From Terrimicrobiaceae bacterium (GTDB taxonomy: Bacteria > Verrucomicrobiota > Verrucomicrobiia > Chthoniobacterales > Terrimicrobiaceae): a stretch of DNA of 64,000 nt. Where the stretch lies: the NCBI GenBank assembly GCA_041752695.1, contig JBGSVZ010000038.1:178033-242032 (forward strand), given 5' to 3'. This document shows, in pieces, positions 41,205-51,012 of this stretch (its first letter is position 1; each line of letters opens with the position of its first letter). The notes beneath the pieces are model-generated. The model was not told the DNA's origin, did not search any database, and was given only the letters and a program-made list of their open reading frames with translations. Position numbers and translations under genes: made by a program.

Positions 41205-41650
41205 GAGGAGTGTTTTCCGCTGTGATAATTGACCCGGATTTTCACCGCCTGACAGGCTTCGCTAAGAGGGAAACTCGCGACGTAAGAATGACGTCCGGAA
41301 CGGGCGTGGGTGCCCCGCGGGTGTTTAGGCGAATTTAGCTCGTCTTTTATCTCCGCAAGGATCCGGCCATGGGCACCAATCAATTGAATATCCACGTGGG
41401 CCGGTCGCAAAAGTTGATGCGGCCTGGCGTGGCCGGCCACATAGAGGCGGTCGGCGCTTTCATGAGTGCGAACACTCAAGATCGAGCCCGCTCCCGAGGG
41501 AAGGGTTTCGATGGGGAGGTGGGAGTCCCGGTGTTTGACCAATGCGTTGGAGGCACACGCGGAAAGCGCGGTCATCCCCGCGAGGGTCAGGGTGACATTT
41601 CGCAGGGTTGTGAGCCCGCCGACGAAGTATGGAATGAGGAAGTTTTTCAT
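41201..41650 (-). CDS. Hypothetical lipoprotein in the metal efflux operon
   Basis: ALSAC lipobox-like motif; ATGA overlap with the OMF gene; start uncertain. Confidence 0.55.
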   Translation of the reverse strand: MKNFLIPYFVGGLTTLRNVTLTLAGMTALSACASNALVKHRDSHLPIETLPSGAGSILSVRTHESADRLYVAGHARPHQLLRPAHVDIQLIGAHGRILAEIKDELNSPKHPRGTHARSGRHSYVASFPLSEACQAVKIRVNYHSGKHSS

Positions 41651-41782
41651 GGTTTGTCCTGATAAGCCGGGGAAAAAACATCTCCGGTTGAGTGGATTTA
41701 CAGAATCCGAGCCTGAGGCTCGGGAGACCGGGCGGCATCGCCCGGGTGGCGCGATTTGCGGGCACACTTCGCCCGCGATGCG

Positions 41783-42097
41783 TCAGGACAATTGGGGCGG
41801 GTAGTCAATTTCCCGGCGAGGCCCATCGGGGCAGAGTTCGTCGTGACCGGGGAAAGATTGGGAAGCCAGCGAGACGCCGGGCATGGGATTGGCTTCCGTG
41901 AGAATCATCGGCATCTGTGCGTGCAAATGGCAGCACTGATGGTCTGTTGGGCACTCCCTGGAATGGGATTGCTCTTCGCAGGATGCCTGTGATTCCGCAC
42001 AAAAAAAGTCAGCGGAGGCACTGAGCATCGATCCTCCTGCCATCATCAGAATAGCTGCTGTCCAAAAGATTCGGACATATTTTCTGATGAAAGACAT
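41783..42097 (-). CDS. Small exported Cys/His-rich leader protein (DUF2946/CzcI-like)
   Basis: Signal-like N-terminus, CPTDHQCCHLH and C-terminal IDYPPQLS; first ORF of the efflux cluster. Confidence 0.65.
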   Translation of the reverse strand: MSFIRKYVRIFWTAAILMMAGGSMLSASADFFCAESQASCEEQSHSRECPTDHQCCHLHAQMPMILTEANPMPGVSLASQSFPGHDELCPDGPRREIDYPPQLS

Positions 42098-42375
42098 TGC
42101 GATTCCATATCGGCAAGGGGGGCTATTTTGTCAATACCTCATTGATAATCCCACGAAGGATTGGAGTAGTCAGCGGCTTTGGAGACGTCGAAATTGACGC
42201 GCCAGTCGAATTGAGGGCGTCCGCAAGGCCGACGTCAGTTCAGCATCAAGAGTGATGGCGAGTTCGCCTTCGGAAAGCTGACTAAAAAATGCACCCGCCA
42301 GATTGCCCGGGGTGGCATGACTGAATGTGAGCGAGTTGACGGCGTCCTGTACCGGTGGGGTCAACCCGCTGAATC

Positions 42376-42945
42376 TTATGCGAAGGCCAGGATCACACTG
42401 CTCAGCATCACGACAGCTCCCGCGACGCGCAGCGCGGGCGCGAAGGAAATGTCTTTCAACGCGATACCAAGCCCCAGCCCCGCCGCATGCAAGGCCGCCG
42501 TCGCAAGTACAAATCCCCCGGCGTAGAGCCCGGCTGAAGCGGCAGCGGGCATTTCGGTGCCGTGCGCATGGCCGTGAAAAACGGCGAACGAACCAACGAG
42601 CAGCGCTCCCGCCCAGGCCGGAAGCTGCACGGCAAAGGCCACAAGAAGCCCCAGCAAAAAGACGGAGACAAGGATGCCTGTTTCCACCATCGGTAGGCTC
42701 CATCCCGCCGCCCCAGCCAGACCGCCAAAGGCCATCACTCCGATAAAACTCGCGGGGACTGCCCAGGTTGCCCGGCCGCCAAGCTGTGCCGCCCAAAGAC
42801 CGACCGCGATCATGGCCAGCAAATGGTCGAGGCCAAGAAGGGGATGAAAAATGCCGTCGGAGAATCCGTGAGCGTGACCCGCTCCGGGGTTCGCTTGGGC
42901 GAGGGCGGGGCAGAGCAGCAAAAGCGCGGTCAAATTCCGTTTCAT
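42376..42945 (-). CDS. HupE/UreJ family Ni/Co transporter-like protein
   Basis: GFSDGIFHPLLGLDHLLAMIAVGLWA; FHGHAHGTE; GFVLATAALH. Confidence 0.93.
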   Translation of the reverse strand: MKRNLTALLLLCPALAQANPGAGHAHGFSDGIFHPLLGLDHLLAMIAVGLWAAQLGGRATWAVPASFIGVMAFGGLAGAAGWSLPMVETGILVSVFLLGLLVAFAVQLPAWAGALLVGSFAVFHGHAHGTEMPAAASAGLYAGGFVLATAALHAAGLGLGIALKDISFAPALRVAGAVVMLSSVILAFA

Positions 42946-43044
42946 GCCCGGCACTATAGCGTGATGGCTTCCGTTCAAAAGGCGAAAATGTCCCACGGGA
43001 AATTAGCTTGATTGATTTTCCGCCAGACGGGAGTTTGCGCGGCC

Positions 43045-43929
43045 ATGAGGGAAAAAATCTTTTTGCTCCTGGGTGTAATCGCGCTGGCGGGTTGTGCCAC
43101 CCCATCCGTTCCAGACCGTCCGGTGCCGCGTGCGGAACTGGCTCCGCCTCCTGTTGCTGCCGCGCCGATGGGGGACCCGGCGGTCTGGCCCCCGGAAGCG
43201 CCGGCGATTTATGCGCGACACGCCATCATGATTGATGCGCAGAGTGGACGGACGCTCTTCCAGAAATTTGCCGATTCGCCGACGCAGGTGGCGAGCACCC
43301 AGAAGCTACTTACGGCCCTGCTCGTCGTCGACCGGGGCGATCTGGATGGTCGGTTGGTGGTCTCCAGGGCCGACACGATGGTGGAACCGGCGAAGTTGTA
43401 TTTGAAGGCCGGGCAGTCGTATACGCGGAGGTCGTTGCTGACGGCGATGATGGTGAAAAGTGAAAACGATGCCGCTGCCGCGCTGGCCAGCGACCATTCC
43501 GGAAGTATGGCGGCTTTTGCCGCGGCGATGAACCGCAAGGCGACTTCACTCGGGGCGCGAAATTCCTATTTTGTGAATTCCCACGGTCTGCCCGGTGCCC
43601 AGCAGTCCACCGCACGGGACATGGCCCGCATTGCTTTCCGCGCCTATCGGGAACCCGTCCTGCGCCGCATGATGAGCATGCAGTATTACACTTTTGTGTA
43701 TGCCGACGGTCGGACCAAGACCCTGGAAACCACCAACAAGCTGCTGAAGCGCTCACCGGTTTTTAACGGGATGAAAACCGGCTACACATTTGCGGCGGGA
43801 CGTTGCCTGATTTCCAGTGCGTCCTTCAACGGTCGCGAGGTCATCCTTGTGCAGTTCGGCAGCAAGACGAGTCACATCTTCGATGATGCGGCGAAAATGA
43901 TGGGTTGGGGGATCACGGGCGGCAGGTAG
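43045..43929 (+). CDS. D-alanyl-D-alanine carboxypeptidase (peptidase S11), lipoprotein
   Basis: LAGC lipobox; SxxK (STQK), SxN (SEN), HGL and KTG motifs. Confidence 0.92.
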   Translation: MREKIFLLLGVIALAGCATPSVPDRPVPRAELAPPPVAAAPMGDPAVWPPEAPAIYARHAIMIDAQSGRTLFQKFADSPTQVASTQKLLTALLVVDRGDLDGRLVVSRADTMVEPAKLYLKAGQSYTRRSLLTAMMVKSENDAAAALASDHSGSMAAFAAAMNRKATSLGARNSYFVNSHGLPGAQQSTARDMARIAFRAYREPVLRRMMSMQYYTFVYADGRTKTLETTNKLLKRSPVFNGMKTGYTFAAGRCLISSASFNGREVILVQFGSKTSHIFDDAAKMMGWGITGGR

Positions 43930-45447
43930 TCAGGCCAGCCCGAGCAGCGGGCACATCACCCGCAGGCCACACCAGATCACGGCGAAACCGAGAAGATCAA
44001 AAAGAAATCCCGCGCGGAGCATGGCGGGGAGGGGGACCAAGCCCGAGCCGTAAACGATGGCATTTGGCGGGGTCGAGACTGGGAGCATGAACCCCATACT
44101 CGCACCAAGACAGGCACCGAGGGTGGGGGCCACTGGGCTCACGCCCATGGAGTCGGCCAGCGCAATGACAACCGGGCAGAGCATGGTGGCCGAGGAGGTG
44201 TTTGACGTCGTCTCGGAAAGCACGATGCCGACGGCAATGGCCACGGCAGTAAGCGTCCAGAGGCCGGCGGCACTGCCGAACCATCCGGAAACGGCGTTGC
44301 CGAGTTCCCTGGCGACACCGGTGCTGAACATGAGGGCTCCGAGGGAAAGCCCGCCTCCAAACAGAAGAATGATGCCCCAGTCGATTTTCACGGCCTCCTC
44401 CCAGACCATGGCCTTGCGGCCCCCTCCGGCTGGCAGAAAAAAAAGCAGGGAAGCCGCCAGCAGAGCGACGATGGATTCCGGAAAATGTCGGCTGGCGAAC
44501 CGCACGGAGGCGTGATCACTGCCCAGGGTGGCTTGGAGCAGTCCCGGACCGATCCACAAAATCACGGCGAGGCCAAAGACTGCTGCCGTGCTTTTCTGGC
44601 CGGACGTCCAGCGGCCCAGGGACCTTCTTTGCTGCGCGAGAAAGGATGCTAAGTCGCCCACCCGCCCCATCGAGGCGGGATCGGCGGGATGAAAATAGCG
44701 CAGGAGAAAAAAGAGCACCCCGAACATCACTGCGAAAATCGGGAGGGTTAACAGAACCCAGGTGAAAAAACTGATTTCGATGCCCGCGAGTTTTTCCAAC
44801 TGTCCGGCTGCGATCAGGTTGGGAGGGGAACCGACGGGAGTGACGATTCCTCCGATGGATGCGGCATACGCCAGCATGAGCATCATGCCGGTGGCATAGG
44901 TATTGTTGCGCAGGACTTCGCTTCCGGTAAGGCTGCGCAGCACCCCGAAGGCGATGGGTAAAAAGATGGCGGTGGTCGCGGTGTTGCTCACCCACATGGA
45001 CACCAGCGCCGCCACCAGTCCCATGGCGGCCAATACCCGGCCGGGGCTTTTGCTCACGCCGGGGAAGGAAAGCACGCCCAGCGCGACCCTGCGGTCGAGC
45101 CCGTGCATCATCATGGCCCTGGCCAGAATGAATCCGCCGATGAAGATAAAAACAATGGGGTCGGCAAATGGCGCGAGCACGGTTTTGGCATCGGCCACGC
45201 CAAGCACAATGTTGAGCACGGCCCCGAGGAGCGCGGTGACGGGAAGGGGAATTGATTCGGTCAGCCAGAACAGCACCATCAGCGCCAGCACGGCACTGAG
45301 ACGACTCGCCTCGGGAGAGAGGAAGGACGAGGTCCACCATAGCATGAGAATAAACCCCACCGGAGCGAGGAAAAATCCCGATTTCCGACGGATGATTTCG
45401 AAACGCTCTTCAGCCTCGCTGAGAGCCTCCGTGGGGGCGGTTTGCAT
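43930..45447 (-). CDS. SLC13/DASS family anion:sodium symporter
   Basis: WLTESIPLPVT; SMWVSNTATT; PVGSPPN; SETTSNT; FMLPVSTPPNAIVY. Confidence 0.92.
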   Translation of the reverse strand: MQTAPTEALSEAEERFEIIRRKSGFFLAPVGFILMLWWTSSFLSPEASRLSAVLALMVLFWLTESIPLPVTALLGAVLNIVLGVADAKTVLAPFADPIVFIFIGGFILARAMMMHGLDRRVALGVLSFPGVSKSPGRVLAAMGLVAALVSMWVSNTATTAIFLPIAFGVLRSLTGSEVLRNNTYATGMMLMLAYAASIGGIVTPVGSPPNLIAAGQLEKLAGIEISFFTWVLLTLPIFAVMFGVLFFLLRYFHPADPASMGRVGDLASFLAQQRRSLGRWTSGQKSTAAVFGLAVILWIGPGLLQATLGSDHASVRFASRHFPESIVALLAASLLFFLPAGGGRKAMVWEEAVKIDWGIILLFGGGLSLGALMFSTGVARELGNAVSGWFGSAAGLWTLTAVAIAVGIVLSETTSNTSSATMLCPVVIALADSMGVSPVAPTLGACLGASMGFMLPVSTPPNAIVYGSGLVPLPAMLRAGFLFDLLGFAVIWCGLRVMCPLLGLA

Positions 45448-45544
45448 AGGGGTGTGTCTGGCAGAATTTCCGATAACGGCCAAGGAATTCCGTGGCATGC
45501 CGAGGCGGTGGTCATGCGCGGGCAGGTCCCCACGGGCGATTTGC

Positions 45545-47743
45545 TTAGAGCACGTAGTCGCCCATGTACATCTTCAGCCTCAGATGGCCGGCCTGTTCGC
45601 CCGCGCGCAGGAGGTCCTGGCCGGCCTCGTCGTAGCGGCCGGAAAGTCCGACGAGGCGGATAATTTCGTGGGAAGGAAATTCGCGATGGAGCATCGAGAC
45701 GCGAAGGTCGGCGATCCATTCGCGCCACCCAGCGAGAAGCGTGTTCAATTTGTCGGCATCGATGCGGGGAGGTTCGGCGGTTTCGAGTGAGGTCTCGTGC
45801 GCCGCCAGGTGATTCTGCATTTCGGCCTCCAGTTGAGTGACCTGCGCGCGGCCCGACTCCGCGTGATCGGAAGGCAGGAGGGGGACCATGCGGCCGACGA
45901 CGACCGTGAGTTGTCCGCTCACGCGGCGGAGCATGTTGAGGTAGGCGCTGAGAAGCTCCCGCTCGCCGGCGGGAACGACCGGGGACGTGAGACGGGAAAT
46001 GCGCAGACTGGCCTCCCCCGGGATGAGGGCGAGGCGCGTTTTTTGCCAGAGGGGGATGGTTTGAGGACCCTCGTGGAGGACGCGTCGGCAGAGGCGGAGC
46101 AGCTCCAGAAAGCGATCCCGCAATTCCCACTGCGGCAGTGACGGCCAGATGAGACGCTGCACGAGGGAGGCGACTACGAGGGCAAATGCCAGACCAAAGA
46201 AAAAATCCACGATGGCCTGGAAGGTGATGGCCTCCTGACCGTTGAGCCCGAGAATTCCCACAACCATGAGCATGGCGAGCTGCATGGGAATGGTCATACC
46301 GCGGGTCGTGAAAGAGAGGTAACCCCAGACAAACAGCCAGACGAAAATAATGGTGTTCATCACGGCGTAGCTGGAAAGCAGGGGTCGGACGGCCAGCAGG
46401 ATGAGGCTCACGCCGGTGAGGATGAGGATGGAATAGATCACGTAATGAAATGCCCTCCAGTCACCGTGTCCGCCCGGACTGGTGGCGTTGAGCGACGTCA
46501 TTACCCAGGTGCCGAGCACGAACATCGAAGCGCCGGGTGGTTGAAGCCAGTCGTCGAGGATGAGCGCGAGGACCACAGCAATGCCGCTTTTGATGCCGCT
46601 CCGAATCCAGAAGGGCGGGGGAATCGGCGAAACGAATGGTTCCGGTTCGCGGTGTCCACGCAGGTCTCCCATGGCGGGCAGGGAGTCGAGCAGTTCGTGG
46701 GCGCTTTCAATCTGCTGACGAATTTCATCGGCGGCCAGCAGGTGAAGCCCGAAGGCCATGGTTTGCTCCGCGGGCAAAGTGAAGAGCGCGGGATCGCTGC
46801 GGAGTTCCGCCAGTTTTGCCTCCAGGGTTTCGAACGCTTTTTTGAGATGCTCACGCTGGTTGGCGCGGGTCATTTTGTCGGAGTCCGTTCCTGCTAGATC
46901 GCCCAGAGCCGACTCCAGGGCGGCGTGAATGGCGGTGGCTTCGATCCGCAGGTTTTGATGGTAGTAGGATTCCGGCGGCAGGGATCTCGACAAGGTGGCG
47001 ATGGCGGAGGCGATGCGCGAGAGACAGTTCGTGATTTCGAAGTAGGTCGGCAGCCGGTCGCGGAAATACTGGCTTTCCCGCGCGCCGAAATCCAGCAGCC
47101 CTCGCAGGGCCGAGATCCGGGCGGGAAATTCCTCCGCCTGCTTCAACGCCTCCACACTGCCGCCGCTGAAGACCGCGCCCGCGGTCGCCCGAAAGCAGGA
47201 CTGCAGATCCGCAAAGGCCAGCCGCGTATTTTTGGTGAATTCCTCCCGCGCATAACGCGGCCAGAGGAGGCTCTGCACGACGATGGCCACCAGAATGCCC
47301 AGCGTGACTTCCTCGATGCGCCACAAGGCATATTGCCAGGAAAAGTCGGGATTGCCGAGCCCGTTGCTGGCCACCACGGTCAGGGTCATGCCGCAAAGCA
47401 GGAAGGCGTATGGATACCGGCTCTGGCCAAACATCGCTGTGCAAAACGCCACCACCACACCCACAATGGAGAGGTAAACCAGAGGCTGTTGTTCAAAGCT
47501 GGCCGTCACAACATATCCCAGCACGGCGCCGACCACGGTCCCGATGATACGGAAGATCGACTTCTCGGCGATCGCGCCCACATATTGCGCGATCATCAGC
47601 ACGAACACCGTGAACAGGGCCCAGGTGGGCATTTGCAGCCGGATGAGAAGCGCGAGGAAAACCGCCAGCACCCCGGCCAGACCGAACTTCAGCCCGTAGC
47701 GAAACGCGGGATCAGAGAACACGGCGCGTATTGCGGCAGTCAT
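45545..47743 (-). CDS. FUSC family (AaeB-like) inner-membrane efflux protein
   Basis: KSIFRIIGTVVGA; RIEEVTLGI; LLWP; two hydrophobic blocks separated by a helical domain. Confidence 0.85.
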   Translation of the reverse strand: MTAAIRAVFSDPAFRYGLKFGLAGVLAVFLALLIRLQMPTWALFTVFVLMIAQYVGAIAEKSIFRIIGTVVGAVLGYVVTASFEQQPLVYLSIVGVVVAFCTAMFGQSRYPYAFLLCGMTLTVVASNGLGNPDFSWQYALWRIEEVTLGILVAIVVQSLLWPRYAREEFTKNTRLAFADLQSCFRATAGAVFSGGSVEALKQAEEFPARISALRGLLDFGARESQYFRDRLPTYFEITNCLSRIASAIATLSRSLPPESYYHQNLRIEATAIHAALESALGDLAGTDSDKMTRANQREHLKKAFETLEAKLAELRSDPALFTLPAEQTMAFGLHLLAADEIRQQIESAHELLDSLPAMGDLRGHREPEPFVSPIPPPFWIRSGIKSGIAVVLALILDDWLQPPGASMFVLGTWVMTSLNATSPGGHGDWRAFHYVIYSILILTGVSLILLAVRPLLSSYAVMNTIIFVWLFVWGYLSFTTRGMTIPMQLAMLMVVGILGLNGQEAITFQAIVDFFFGLAFALVVASLVQRLIWPSLPQWELRDRFLELLRLCRRVLHEGPQTIPLWQKTRLALIPGEASLRISRLTSPVVPAGERELLSAYLNMLRRVSGQLTVVVGRMVPLLPSDHAESGRAQVTQLEAEMQNHLAAHETSLETAEPPRIDADKLNTLLAGWREWIADLRVSMLHREFPSHEIIRLVGLSGRYDEAGQDLLRAGEQAGHLRLKMYMGDYVL

Positions 47744-47768
47744 CGCCGGTCACTACACTCCTGCTCCC

Positions 47769-48428
47769 GTGCCTGTGTCAATCCGGTCCCTCGTTTTCCT
47801 TCTCCTCTGTGCTGCGTCGCTGCCCGCCGAGGAGCGGCAGCACCATGGTGTGGTTTTTGAAAAATGGGTGCGGGACACGTTTTTCGAAGGCTATGTCCCT
47901 TCCGGCTACACGCAAAAATGGGACGTGCCTGCCGCAGCCAATAAGTCTCACGGAGGCATTCCGGCCAATCCCAAGGCGGCGAAATACGGCGGCCCCGTCG
48001 ACCTGGGCGACGCTTTGCGACAGTTCGATATCAACGAACCGTTCCTGCTCATCATCGGTTATTGGGAACAGACGCCCGTCGGCCGCCGCATGGTCCACAT
48101 CGTCCCCATCCGCGTCGAACCCGCCACCTGGCGCAAACTCTGGGGCGGCATCACGCGGGCGGATCTGGAAAAGCTCGACGCGGTGATCAAGGACCGGTCG
48201 CTTTCGCCCGAAGAGGCCCGACGGCAGGCTCAGGCGATCAAACGCCAGCCGCCCTTTACCGGGGCGGTCATCACCCTCAATCCGAAAATCGATAGCAAAG
48301 TCCAGCGCCGCCTCCAATGCAGTCTGAGTTTTTCCGATGTGTTTAAAATCGTCGCGCCGGGCACGGATCCCGCCGCGCAGGAAAATCCCGGGCTCTGGGG
48401 CGTTGCCTTCCCGGGGGTCGTCGAATGA
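47769..48428 (+). CDS. Secreted hypothetical protein, possibly restriction-endonuclease-like fold
   Basis: Signal peptide ending SLPA; QHHGVVFE, KWDVP, NPKAAK, DLGDA, QRRLQCS. Confidence 0.55.
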   Translation: MPVSIRSLVFLLLCAASLPAEERQHHGVVFEKWVRDTFFEGYVPSGYTQKWDVPAAANKSHGGIPANPKAAKYGGPVDLGDALRQFDINEPFLLIIGYWEQTPVGRRMVHIVPIRVEPATWRKLWGGITRADLEKLDAVIKDRSLSPEEARRQAQAIKRQPPFTGAVITLNPKIDSKVQRRLQCSLSFSDVFKIVAPGTDPAAQENPGLWGVAFPGVVE

Positions 48429-48433
48429 GGTGC

Positions 48434-48493
48434 GTTGGAGTCCAGGCTTCAGCCTGTTTTTTGATGCAGACAGCCTAAAGGCTGGACTCCAAC
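48434..48493. repeat. REP-doublet element, copy 3
   Basis: GTTGGAGTCCAGGCTTCAGCCTG ... CAGCCTAAAGGCTGGACTCCAAC. Confidence 0.85.
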
Positions 48494-48518
48494 AATTCGT
48501 GACCCAAAATTCCCCGGC

Positions 48519-48740
48519 ATGGATCTCCTGGCCCGCCTGACCACTGCCGAATTGCATTTCGGAGATTTTCTTGTCCCCTGGGGCATGGTGATCGGGGCGA
48601 TGGGATTTGTTCTCGCCTGGCTGGTGATGGTCGCGCTCGAGCGGGTGGGGTGGACCCGGCAGATTTGGAATATTCCGCTGTTTTTTGTCGCCCTCTCCGT
48701 TCTTTTCGGATGCGTTATTGGGCTCATCCTTTCGCCGTGA
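48519..48740 (+). CDS. DUF1656 / AaeX-like small membrane protein
   Basis: 73 aa with two TM segments; ELHFGDFLVP and IWNIPLFF; GTGA-coupled to the HlyD gene. Confidence 0.8.
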   Translation: MDLLARLTTAELHFGDFLVPWGMVIGAMGFVLAWLVMVALERVGWTRQIWNIPLFFVALSVLFGCVIGLILSP

Positions 48741-49597
48741 AAACTTCCCCGAGCAAATACCTGGTGACCTGTGTCGTGGTGGTTCTGGCCATTGTGGCTT
48801 CCCTGGCGATGTACTCGCGGTACGTGAACCGCCCCTGGACTCGCGACGCGCAAGTGCGGGCGAACGTCATTGGCATCGCGCCGCGCGTGGAGGGGCCCAT
48901 CATTCAGATCCCGATCAAGGACAACGAGCCGGTGAAAAAGGGGGACCTGCTTTTTGAGATCGATCCTTCCACATATCAGGCCGCGGTGAACAATGCCGCC
49001 GCCAAGCTCAAGCAGGCGCAGGTCGCGGAGATTCAGGCGCAGCAGGAGCTGCAACGCCAGACGACGCTTTATGAGACCAAGGTGACGGATCTGCGCGATT
49101 TCCAGAACGCGCAGGATGATTTTGCCGCCGCCGTGGCCAATACCGCCGCCGCCACCGCGACGTTGCAGGATGCGCAGTTAAATCTCTCCTACACCAAGGT
49201 CTTTGCCACGGTCGATGGCTACATGACCAATATGAACACCAGCGTGGGCCAGTATGTGAATGTGGGCCAGCAGTTGCTGGCGTTGGTGGATTCGAGCTCG
49301 TTCTGGGTCGCCGCTTATTTTAAAGAAACCCAGCTCAAGCATGTGCAAATTGGCGACAAGGCGAAGATCACGCTCATGGGGCACGAACCCAATCCCTTCG
49401 ACGGGGAAGTGGTCAGCGTAGCATGGGGGATCTTTTTGCAGGACGGCTCAACCGTGGAGCTTCTACCCGACGTGAGTCAGACCATCGACTGGGTGCGGTT
49501 GCCCAATCGTTTTCCAGTTCGGGTGAAAGTCACCGGCCAGCCGCCCGTGCCCCTGCGCATCGGGCAGACCGCCTCGGTTTCGGTGATCAACCAGTAA
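48737..49597 (+). CDS. HlyD family membrane fusion protein (AaeA-like)
   Basis: PWTRDAQVRA, VKKGDLLFEIDP, AYFKETQL, WVRLPNRFPVRV. Confidence 0.9.
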   Translation: MKTSPSKYLVTCVVVVLAIVASLAMYSRYVNRPWTRDAQVRANVIGIAPRVEGPIIQIPIKDNEPVKKGDLLFEIDPSTYQAAVNNAAAKLKQAQVAEIQAQQELQRQTTLYETKVTDLRDFQNAQDDFAAAVANTAAATATLQDAQLNLSYTKVFATVDGYMTNMNTSVGQYVNVGQQLLALVDSSSFWVAAYFKETQLKHVQIGDKAKITLMGHEPNPFDGEVVSVAWGIFLQDGSTVELLPDVSQTIDWVRLPNRFPVRVKVTGQPPVPLRIGQTASVSVINQ

Positions 49598-49616
49598 GGG
49601 GCCGCGAGTCGTCGGG

Positions 49617-50801
49617 CTACACCGCCATCACGACCGGCCCTGCCGTCGGGGACAGGCGGCGCAGTTTTTCAATCACTTCAGGCACGACGGCACAGGCGGT
49701 GTCCACCTGTTCCTGGGTGTTAAAACGCCCGAAAGAAAACCGCAGACTGCTTCGCGCGCGATCCGTCGTGCAGCCCATGGCGGAAAGGACATGCGAGGGA
49801 TGGACGGACCCGCTGGTGCAGGCCGAACCCGCCGAGCAGCAAAGGCCGCGCTCGTCGAGGAGCATGAGCGCGCCTTCGCTTTCGATGGACTCGAAAGCCA
49901 GGTTGGACGTGTTGGGCAGGCGGTTTTCCCGGTCGCCATTGACGTCTGTTCCGGGAACCGTTTCGAGGATCGTCTTTTCAAACTGATCCCGGTAGGCGCG
50001 CACCTGATGGAATTCCTCGCCGATGTGTTCGGCGGCCACGTCCGCGGCTTTGCCCAGACCGACAATGGACGCGACGTTTTGCGTGCCGCCGCGGCGGCTG
50101 TTTTCCTGGCTGCCGCGCAACCACGGAGTGAAACGCATGCGGCGATTGACGTACAAAGCGCCGACGCCTTTGAGGCAATGGAGCTTGTGGCCGGAGAGTG
50201 AGACAAACTGCGCGCCGAGTTCTGTCACATTGATGGGCAGCTTGCCCACGGCTTGGACGGCATCGACATGGAGCGGGACCTTTTTCGCGTTGGTGATGCG
50301 GGATATTTCCTCCACCGGAAAAAGCACACCCGTCTCGTTGTTGGCCCAAAGCAGCGTGACCATTGCCGTGTCGGGCCGGATGGCTCGATCGAGGCGGTCA
50401 AGGTCGAGGCCGCCGAGCTTGTCCACCGGCAGCCAGGTGATTTCGTAGCCGCGGCGGGCGAGGTGTTCGCAGAGCTTGATCGTCGCGCTGTGCTCGACGG
50501 CCGTGGTGATGATGTGGGTTTTATCCGGATCCAGCGACGCGGCGGATAGAATGGCGGAGTTGATGGATTCCGAGCCGCAACTTGTAAAAACCACCTCGGC
50601 GGGCGTCGCGCCGATGAGGGCGGAAACCTGCTCGCGCGCGACATCAAGCGCGGCGGAAGCGCGTTTGCCGAGGGAATACCCGCTGGACGGATTGCCATAT
50701 TCGTCACGCAGCCACGGCATCATGGCGTCAAAAACGGCTGGGTCCACTTGCGTGGTCGCGTTGTTGTCGAGGTAGATGAGTGGTTGTCCCGGCGTGTCCA
50801 T
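49617..50801 (-). CDS. Cysteine desulfurase (NifS/IscS group I)
   Basis: YLDNNATT, YGNPSS, ANNETG, HVDAVQ, SLSGHK (PLP Lys), SAGSACTS (catalytic Cys). Confidence 0.95.
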   Translation of the reverse strand: MDTPGQPLIYLDNNATTQVDPAVFDAMMPWLRDEYGNPSSGYSLGKRASAALDVAREQVSALIGATPAEVVFTSCGSESINSAILSAASLDPDKTHIITTAVEHSATIKLCEHLARRGYEITWLPVDKLGGLDLDRLDRAIRPDTAMVTLLWANNETGVLFPVEEISRITNAKKVPLHVDAVQAVGKLPINVTELGAQFVSLSGHKLHCLKGVGALYVNRRMRFTPWLRGSQENSRRGGTQNVASIVGLGKAADVAAEHIGEEFHQVRAYRDQFEKTILETVPGTDVNGDRENRLPNTSNLAFESIESEGALMLLDERGLCCSAGSACTSGSVHPSHVLSAMGCTTDRARSSLRFSFGRFNTQEQVDTACAVVPEVIEKLRRLSPTAGPVVMAV

Positions 50802-50954
50802 TTTGAGCAATCGGGCATCTTATGCGGAGTCGCGCAGTATGGCAATAGGGAGAAAATGCGGGCCGAGGTTTGGTTCTCTCATCTTCCCCAGAATGGGCGG
50901 CTGATCCTCGCCCGAGTGCATGGCGCGAAAGTTGCCAGAGGTGTGATCGTCGAC

Positions 50955-51012
50955 GTTGGAGTCCAGCCTTTAGGCTGTTCTGAACGACACACGCTGAAGC
51001 GTGAACTCCAAC
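50955..51012. repeat. REP-doublet element, copy 4
   Basis: GTTGGAGTCCAGCCTTTAGGCTG ... CACGCTGAAGCGTGAACTCCAAC. Confidence 0.85.

Noticed and set aside
42170..42375. Possible small gene or RNA between HupE/UreJ and the metal leader ORF
   Set aside because: No convincing start, motif or recognisable RNA structure.
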